NCBI GenBank assembly: GCA_964549685.1
Contig: CAZJVE010000003.1
Span: forward strand, 32,344-96,343
Direction: 5' to 3'
DNA from: an uncultured archaeon
GTDB lineage: Archaea > Altiarchaeota > Altiarchaeia > IMC4 > QMZM01
Length of the DNA stretch: 64,000 nt
Position numbers and translations under genes: made by a program. The notes beneath the pieces were generated by a model, which was not told the DNA's origin, made no database searches, and saw only the letters and a program-made list of their open reading frames with translations. This document shows, in pieces, positions 59,801 through 64,000 of the stretch (positions within the stretch are counted from its first letter, which is position 1; each line of letters starts with the position of its first letter).

Positions 59801-62800
59801 TGGCATAATTCAGGTTCTCCTCCTCTGTCCGGACCATCACACGGTAGGTTCCGGTTGACAGCCCGTTTATTGTATATGTTCCATCTGTGGCTGTCATGGC
59901 ATCGCCCCATCCTGAGCCCTGCTCGTTCCAGCACTCGACCCTTATGTTTGCTACCGCTCCACTGGCATCTGTTACTGTCCCTGAGATTGAGCCCCCTGCC
60001 GAGAGGACGAAATTCGCGCCGGATGTTTCACTGCCGGCAGTTACGCTGACCATCTGTGAATCCACTGCATAGTTCGCTGTGGAGTCGTCAATCCTGACCT
60101 CCACTCGGTATGTTCCGGTGGAAAGCCCACTTATTGTATATGTTCCGTCTGACTCTGTCCACGACTCACCCCCGCCTGAACCCATCTCGTTCCAGCACTC
60201 CACCCTAAGGTTAGGCGCTGGAGAAGCATCTGAGTAGGTTACCGTTCCGGAGATTGAACCGCCCAATGAGAGGACGAAATCCACGCCAGTGACATCCTGA
60301 CCCGATGTTACTGTAACCGTTGTTGTAGCGGATGCATAGCTTCCTGAGCTGACCTCCACATGATAAATTCCACTTGACAGACCAGTTATCGTATAGGTTC
60401 CATCAGAGTCTGTCATTGCCCAGCCGCTGCCGTCTCCACCCGCTGTATTCCATGCATTCAAATCTGCATTGGCTATCGGGCTTCCGGCAGAATCCGTAAC
60501 CGTCCCTGATATCGAGGCTCCGGATGCAAGTACGAAATTCACGCCCGTAGTCTCCTGGCCAGCGGTTACGGTGGCGGTCTGCGACTCAACCGCGTAGTTC
60601 ATATTCGGGTCGTCTATTCTGGCTTCAACCCGGTATGTCCCAGAGGGCAGGCCATTTAGTGTATAGGTTCCGTCGGAGGCTGTCCAGTCCTCTCCATGAC
60701 CACTTCCACCGGCCGCGTTATCTGACTCCTGCCAGGCCTCTATCCTTATATCCGATGCCCCTGTGCCATCGGAATAGGTAACGGTTCCTGAGATGGAGCC
60801 GCCGAGGGTCAGTACAAAGTCCACTCCGGATACCGTTTCTCCGGCAGTTACGGAAACCGTCTGCTCGGGCGCTGTGTAAGCTGAATAATCAGTATGTTCC
60901 AACCGAAGCATGACTGTATATGTATCGGTAACAAGCCCCGAAATGATGTAGTTCCCGTCGGATTCGGTCATTGCCGACCCACTTCCGGTGGGGCCCCATG
61001 CATCCAGATGCGCGTTTGGTACCCCTACTCCGCCTGCCGTAACGCTTCCGGTTATAGTTCCGCCTGCAGACAGCTGTATGTCCTTGGTTAATGCCCCTGA
61101 GATGTATATGTCGTCTTCATCATAGCCGGCCAGTCCCGAATCGCTGGGTGGTGAGACATGGAGAGTATAGTAGAGTCCGTCAGGAAGACCGTCCACGGCA
61201 TATGCTCCGCTGCTGTCGGTCATCTCCATCGTGCTATAGCCCCCCTCGTGATTCCAAACATCCACGTGTGCATTCGCTACTGCGTTTCCGTCCGATGATG
61301 TTATCGTTCCCGAAATCGATGCGGTGCAGGACATCTGGTAGTAGTAGGACCAGTCATCATCGCAGGGACTATAACATTCTGGAAGGGTCTCGCAGTCCGG
61401 GTCGTCGCAGTCCGCCAGCCCGTCACCATCGTTGTCCTCTCCGTCGGTGCATAGCCCGGATTCATCCCCAGGGCCAACGCCGGCCGTTTCACACGCATTG
61501 GATTCGTAGTTCCATTCGCAGTCCGCTTGCGCATTACACTCGGTTTCGCCCAGGTTGGGGCAGTCCACTGCTATTTCCGTGCAGGTATCGGTCTGGCTGT
61601 CCCATCCGCAGCCCGTTTGGCTGTTGCATGTGGTTTCGTCCATTAACTGTGAACACGTATCTTCGACGGTGCAGTCCTCCGGGCAGCTTCCCATTGTTTC
61701 GTCTGCGTCACAGACTCCGTCGTGGTTGCACTGCCCCCCGCCGACGCTGCAGGAGCCAGTTCCGGCGTCCCACAGGCAGCCAAACGGGCTGGCCGAGCAG
61801 TCGGGCTCGTTATAGCAGTAGTTACAGTCAGAGTTGCAGTCTGATGCCGCTCCGCAGTCATTGGGGCAGCTCTCAGCAGTCTCATCTGAATCACAGATGC
61901 CATCGTAGTTGCAGGCGCCCGTTATCGTGGTTGTGGTTGCGGCGCCGCAGGGGTCACCGAATGGATGGGGCATCGGAGTCGGCATCACCTCCCAGTCCGA
62001 AACGGAATCCGTGTCTGTGTTAAAGTCTAGTCTTGCTATTGATTCACCCTCATTCGCGATGATATCCCATCCCGAGATGTAGCCCTCCCACGCAACCATG
62101 TCGGTTTCATATCCGGTTGAGTCCATCAGGTACAGGACATCGCCGGAATTGCCGAGGGACAGGGTCAGGCCGTCGAGGTCTGGATCGCATCCTTGAAGAT
62201 TATTGAAGCCAAAGCTGTCCTTTGCTATCACGAAGGTATCGTGCGGTTCTATTACTCCTGAGGAGAAGGTGTATGTGAGTGTGTTATCCTCAATCGCATA
62301 GCCCGTGAGGTCTACGCTGTTGGGGGTCGGGTTATAAATCTCTATCCACTCCTCCTCAGAATCGCTTCCCGGGGTGTTGTAGAGGACCTCACTGAATATC
62401 AGATAGTCCAGTGTACTGACGATGGTGGTGGTTGTGGTCATTACAGCACAGTCATTCGGGCATGTCTCTACTGTCTCGTCTGCATCACAGACGCCGTCGT
62501 AGTTGCAGGCGCCCGTTATTGTGGTTGTGGCTGCTGCGTCGCACGTAGGGACACTTGAGTCAGGATTGCAGGAATCAGCATCGTTGGGGTCATAGAGAGA
62601 ATCCCCGGCTGGTGCATCCGTAAAATGGCCGTCCCTGTCATTATCTGTTGCATATCCTGAAAGAGGTGGTGCGGAGCTGAAGTCCCCTGAGCCATCCGAA
62701 AGATAGTAGACTGTGTAGTGCAGGTAGCACTTGGACGGCACATCAACCGAATCTCCATAGCAGTTGATTGCATGGACCTCCAGCGCGCCGTAGTTGCCCC

Positions 62801-64000
62801 CGCCATAGAGGAGGACTATATCGCCCTCATCGATGGTGACCGTAGCCATATCCACGACATAATTAGCAGCATTTACATTGACTATGTCGGTCTCGGATGT
62901 TAATGCTAGAAGGACGTTGCAGTTTACACAGCTTGAGCCGGAGCCATATATATACCCAGAAGTCGTACCCGCGACTGACCACATAGATGTTAGAACATCA
63001 TGGCTGAATTCCATTGAGTCCCATACGACGTCTGTGTAGATAGTTATCCCCCCGGATGGCATGGTCGTTGTGGTTCCCTGGCAAGCCGGGTCTGCCGTGT
63101 CTACATCGCCGTCGCAGTCGTTGTCTATTCCATCGGAGCAGTAAAAGGACTCGTCCATTCCGGGATTAACGTTGGGGTCAGCATCGTCGCAGTCATTTCC
63201 GTTGGGGCAGTTAACGGCATCGAAAACATAATAGCCGTCGCCGTCGCCGTCTGTGCAGGCCCCTGTGACGGTTGTTGATGTAACAGGGACTGTTGTTGTC
63301 GTAGCGCCTGAAACACAGCTCCACATACCGCCGCCGCTATCGATACATGTATCGCCTGCTGCACATACATAGCAAGTACATGCATGGTCAATAGGATAGG
63401 AATAGCAGGAATCGTTTGTATTGGCACAGGCGTCGTCGGGGCAGTCAAGAGGCTGGCACTGCAATGTTGTCTGATTGCAGACGTAGGTGTCGGTGCAGTC
63501 TGCGCTGGTGCTGCAGCCGGTTATTATGGAGGTTGTTGTGACGTTGGCTGTCGTGGTGGTTGGTAGGGTGGTTGAGGTTGACGTGCCTGGAACTGTAGTG
63601 GTTGTGGTTGGTGGTGCTGTGGTTGTGGTGGTTGGCAGGGTGGTGGTTGGTGCTGTTGTGGTGGTTGGTACGGTTGTTGTGGTCGGTATGGTCGTGGTTG
63701 GTGCTGTGGTTGTGGTTGGTATGGTGGTTGTGGTTGGGACTGTTGTGGTTGGTGCTGTTGAGGTGGTTGGTATGGTTGTTGTGGGTACAAGCTGACAGGT
63801 TCCGGAGTCGCAGAATTCATCAGGACCACAATCCTCCAGTACAGTAGGTACAGTACAGGGGTCTCCTACTGTGGCAGGAGCAATAGAGCCCGCGTCCTGC
63901 ACCCCGATAATATTCCCAATCATGGAGAAGATATCAGGAATCCATGGGTCTGCAGAGGCAACGCCGCTCAGGGAAATCAACAAAAAGGTAACAAAAATCG
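53829..64000 (-). CDS. Giant surface protein (>3,380 aa; start beyond window): Thr/Cys-rich region, MopE-like motif, lamin-tail domain, 23 carboxypeptidase-regulatory-like repeats, 3 PKD, cohesin, dockerin-like tail
   Basis: Frame open to the window edge (..IFVTFLLISLSG signal peptide); SEVLYN...EWIEIYN (LTD); GGSISGTV repeats; SDG.I.SY.W.F.DG (PKD); VEFVLLFNKSVLQATSVTEG (cohesin). Confidence 0.88.
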   Translation of the reverse strand, partial: IFVTFLLISLSGVASADPWIPDIFSMIGNIIGVQDAGSIAPATVGDPCTVPTVLEDCGPDEFCDSGTCQLVPTTTIPTTSTAPTTTVPTTTTIPTTTTAPTTTIPTTTTVPTTTTAPTTTLPTTTTTAPPTTTTTVPGTSTSTTLPTTTTANVTTTSIITGCSTSADCTDTYVCNQTTLQCQPLDCPDDACANTNDSCYSYPIDHACTCYVCAAGDTCIDSGGGMWSCVSGATTTTVPVTSTTVTGACTDGDGDGYYVFDAVNCPNGNDCDDADPNVNPGMDESFYCSDGIDNDCDGDVDTADPACQGTTTTMPSGGITIYTDVVWDSMEFSHDVLTSMWSVAGTTSGYIYGSGSSCVNCNVLLALTSETDIVNVNAANYVVDMATVTIDEGDIVLLYGGGNYGALEVHAINCYGDSVDVPSKCYLHYTVYYLSDGSGDFSSAPPLSGYATDNDRDGHFTDAPAGDSLYDPNDADSCNPDSSVPTCDAAATTTITGACNYDGVCDADETVETCPNDCAVMTTTTTIVSTLDYLIFSEVLYNTPGSDSEEEWIEIYNPTPNSVDLTGYAIEDNTLTYTFSSGVIEPHDTFVIAKDSFGFNNLQGCDPDLDGLTLSLGNSGDVLYLMDSTGYETDMVAWEGYISGWDIIANEGESIARLDFNTDTDSVSDWEVMPTPMPHPFGDPCGAATTTTITGACNYDGICDSDETAESCPNDCGAASDCNSDCNYCYNEPDCSASPFGCLWDAGTGSCSVGGGQCNHDGVCDADETMGSCPEDCTVEDTCSQLMDETTCNSQTGCGWDSQTDTCTEIAVDCPNLGETECNAQADCEWNYESNACETAGVGPGDESGLCTDGEDNDGDGLADCDDPDCETLPECYSPCDDDWSYYYQMSCTASISGTITSSDGNAVANAHVDVWNHEGGYSTMEMTDSSGAYAVDGLPDGLYYTLHVSPPSDSGLAGYDEDDIYISGALTKDIQLSAGGTITGSVTAGGVGVPNAHLDAWGPTGSGSAMTESDGNYIISGLVTDTYTVMLRLEHTDYSAYTAPEQTVSVTAGETVSGVDFVLTLGGSISGTVTYSDGTGASDIRIEAWQESDNAAGGSGHGEDWTASDGTYTLNGLPSGTYRVEARIDDPNMNYAVESQTATVTAGQETTGVNFVLASGASISGTVTDSAGSPIANADLNAWNTAGGDGSGWAMTDSDGTYTITGLSSGIYHVEVSSGSYASATTTVTVTSGQDVTGVDFVLSLGGSISGTVTYSDASPAPNLRVECWNEMGSGGGESWTESDGTYTISGLSTGTYRVEVRIDDSTANYAVDSQMVSVTAGSETSGANFVLSAGGSISGTVTDASGAVANIRVECWNEQGSGWGDAMTATDGTYTINGLSTGTYRVMVRTEEENLNYATEEQTASVTAGSATTGVDFSLTAGGSISGTVTYGGSPVANAHVECWNHEGMGWGNDWTESDGTYTITGLSSGVYEIEVRSDGTTTYASDPQTVTVVAGQETTGVNFVLSAGASISGTVTYGGSAVTNMRVECWNEQGSGWGDDETASDGTYTITGLSAGTYRVKVRNDWDPTGAAATSNYAADEIVVILTEGQQVTGIDFALTLGGTISGTVTDASGAVSHLRLEAHCENCDSWGEAMTSETGEYSITGLSTGTYRVGIHIEWGSTTNYATEEQTVSVVEGQETTGVDFALATGGSISGTVTYNGVAVANTNVGAWCESTETAGCGGGGAMTESDGTYTISGLMSGTYHVDVHSGDSGTNYASEEIIVTVTAGQAVTGVDFAMTTGGSISGTVTASGTAVANIRVECWMENGAGWGDAWTSSDGTFTITGLSTGTYHVQIRASDSDMNYASEEQVVSVTAGQETSGVNFNLSTGGSISGTVTYSGGSGASDIMVEAHKEMEHGWGNAWTASDGTYTITGLTSGTYRVEIFSDYAAQPQTVTVDTGADTSGVDFTLTTGGSISGTVTDANGAVAYITIHAWSETGGWGGSMTSSDGAYTITGLYSGIYHVNIDTWGSSTNYASEEQIVSVTTGAETSGVDFLLTAGGSISGTVKDSSGSPVPDMRVECWKEMGEGHGETMVQQDGTYQVRGLNSGIYHCIVRAQWGSTTNYATDDQTVTVTAGSDTSGVNFVLITGGSISGTVTYNSAPMLGVIVDAWSEAGWSNAMSDSDGTYTVTGLAAGTYHISAHPFWSSTGTTQNIAAEEQTVTVTAGTETSGVNFDLSDGASISGTVTLSGAGVPYVKVEAFKEEGGGWGGTMTESDGTYTITGLIGGDYFVEVRLEGTTYENYATTNQRIAISTGEAVTGIDFALESGGSISGTVTDADGAVAYLRVEAWKEGAPGWGGSMTASDGTYTIPGLSAGIYHVEVHFGWGPTGTTYTNYASEEKVVTVAAGQTTSGVDFLLTTGGSISGTVTTGGQAVQYARIEAWKEESPDWGDTWTASDGTYTLSGLTTGTYHVKVDATGSSYSGYAASEKIVSVTAGEERSGVDFSLTQGASISGTVTAGGAAAQYVRVDAWRDWESGETPDWGDTVTASDGTYTINGLMGGKYHVNIRTEDTSYASYASLEQTVTVAAGGSETGVDFALTTGGSISGTVTLSSAAVSYVRVWAWREGAPDWGDTITDDSGTYTISGLSSGSYHVGLDLMGTTYESYTANEQTVTVTAGAETSSIDFALAQGGSISGTVTDASGAVSDVHVEAWNDEDTGHGWTKTGSSGTYTITGLPAGTYNVEVHYSNYAPQMQSSVSVTAGQTTSGIDFTLAAAGAISGTVTYGGAGVADIEVFAWSPGTYAGGEALTDASGNYVIDDLPAGTYKVKPEAEGYAGTMEEDVSVTAGVNTTGVDFTLSDGGNLTGTVTDSNGTPLEEVNINIWIPGEGFGEDWEETEDDGTYLIDGIPAGTYTIEAYLEGYDDVEVNVTITDGATTTQDFTLQSVNSSMIKMASIAPGIGTSPTASAGPDQTISLGTTVYVGGDDSTDDGTIQSYAWNFADGDVVYGVTQSHIYSTPGTYTVTLTVTDDESLTGTDTLTVTVSAAAAEPTSNAGNDQTVDLDNSVSFDGSASSDSDGEIISYHWDFNDGSESTEIKPSHKYSTAGTYTVTLEITDDDGLKDTDTVTISVSAQQDPVADAGTDQTINSGESVTLDASDSYDTDGTIDAYEWKDGTDVLSTQSSFTKSDFAVGTHTITLTATDNDDNTDTDEVIITVQEGGTIVRVTPSSVSADSDESFSINITSTETDNVLGVEFVLLFNKSVLQATSVTEGDFLSSDGADTTGDAPTYSNTAGTVTFSRSRSAVDGGLTASGVIAAINFNSIADGSATLTLENVTVRDVNGTSLTLSTSNGAVTVGSVCTLLGDESPCGVVSLAEVVDYITLWSAGNAELAAVIDLITAWAT
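55207..61325 (-). repeat. 23 diverged tandem ~90-aa intragenic repeats
   Basis: Manual count of G(G/A)(S/T)ISGTV...DGTYTI.GL..GTY.V...V.AG..T.GV(D/N)F units. Confidence 0.85.
63525..63790 (-). repeat. Low-complexity PTTTT mucin-like linker
   Basis: GGTTGT/GGTTGG-rich tract encoding (PTTTT[AIV])n. Confidence 0.85.

Noticed and set aside
55207-63790. CRISPR array or diversity-generating retroelement
   Set aside because: The repeats are in-frame, degenerate protein repeats; no cas or reverse transcriptase gene and no TR/VR pair was noticed.

Overview
Archaeal chromosomal window. The evidence is an HMf-type histone, Orc1/Cdc6, aEF-1alpha/aEF-2, eS4, DGGGP synthase and an intron-containing tRNA. 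Gene content and the Thr-linker surface proteins suggest an uncultured anaerobe such as Ca. Altiarchaeota, but that is inference only. 1-11 kb: one operon interleaving formylmethanofuran dehydrogenase (fwdA,C,F,G,D,B) with heterodisulfide reductase (hdrA-mvhD fusion, hdrC, hdrB), preceded by an LbpA-type lipoyl carrier and facing fdhD. 11-33 kb: housekeeping and accessory genes, two tRNAs, and a small candidate islet bounded by a repeat of the tRNA-Glu 3' end. 33-49 kb: a rearranged ribosomal superoperon in which the S10/spc block runs from uS14 straight into uS7, with a frameshifted surface-protein gene between fusA and tuf. 52-64 kb: a 4-repeat scaffold-like protein and a >3,380-aa giant surface protein. 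All three large secreted proteins end in a cohesin-like beta-domain plus a shared dockerin-like tail, suggesting a non-cellulolytic cohesin-dockerin surface assembly. Three small genes missed by the ORF track were found: uS14, a 45-aa 4xCxxC protein and a 33-aa RCKP rubredoxin-like protein. All calls come from manual motif recognition; no searches were run.
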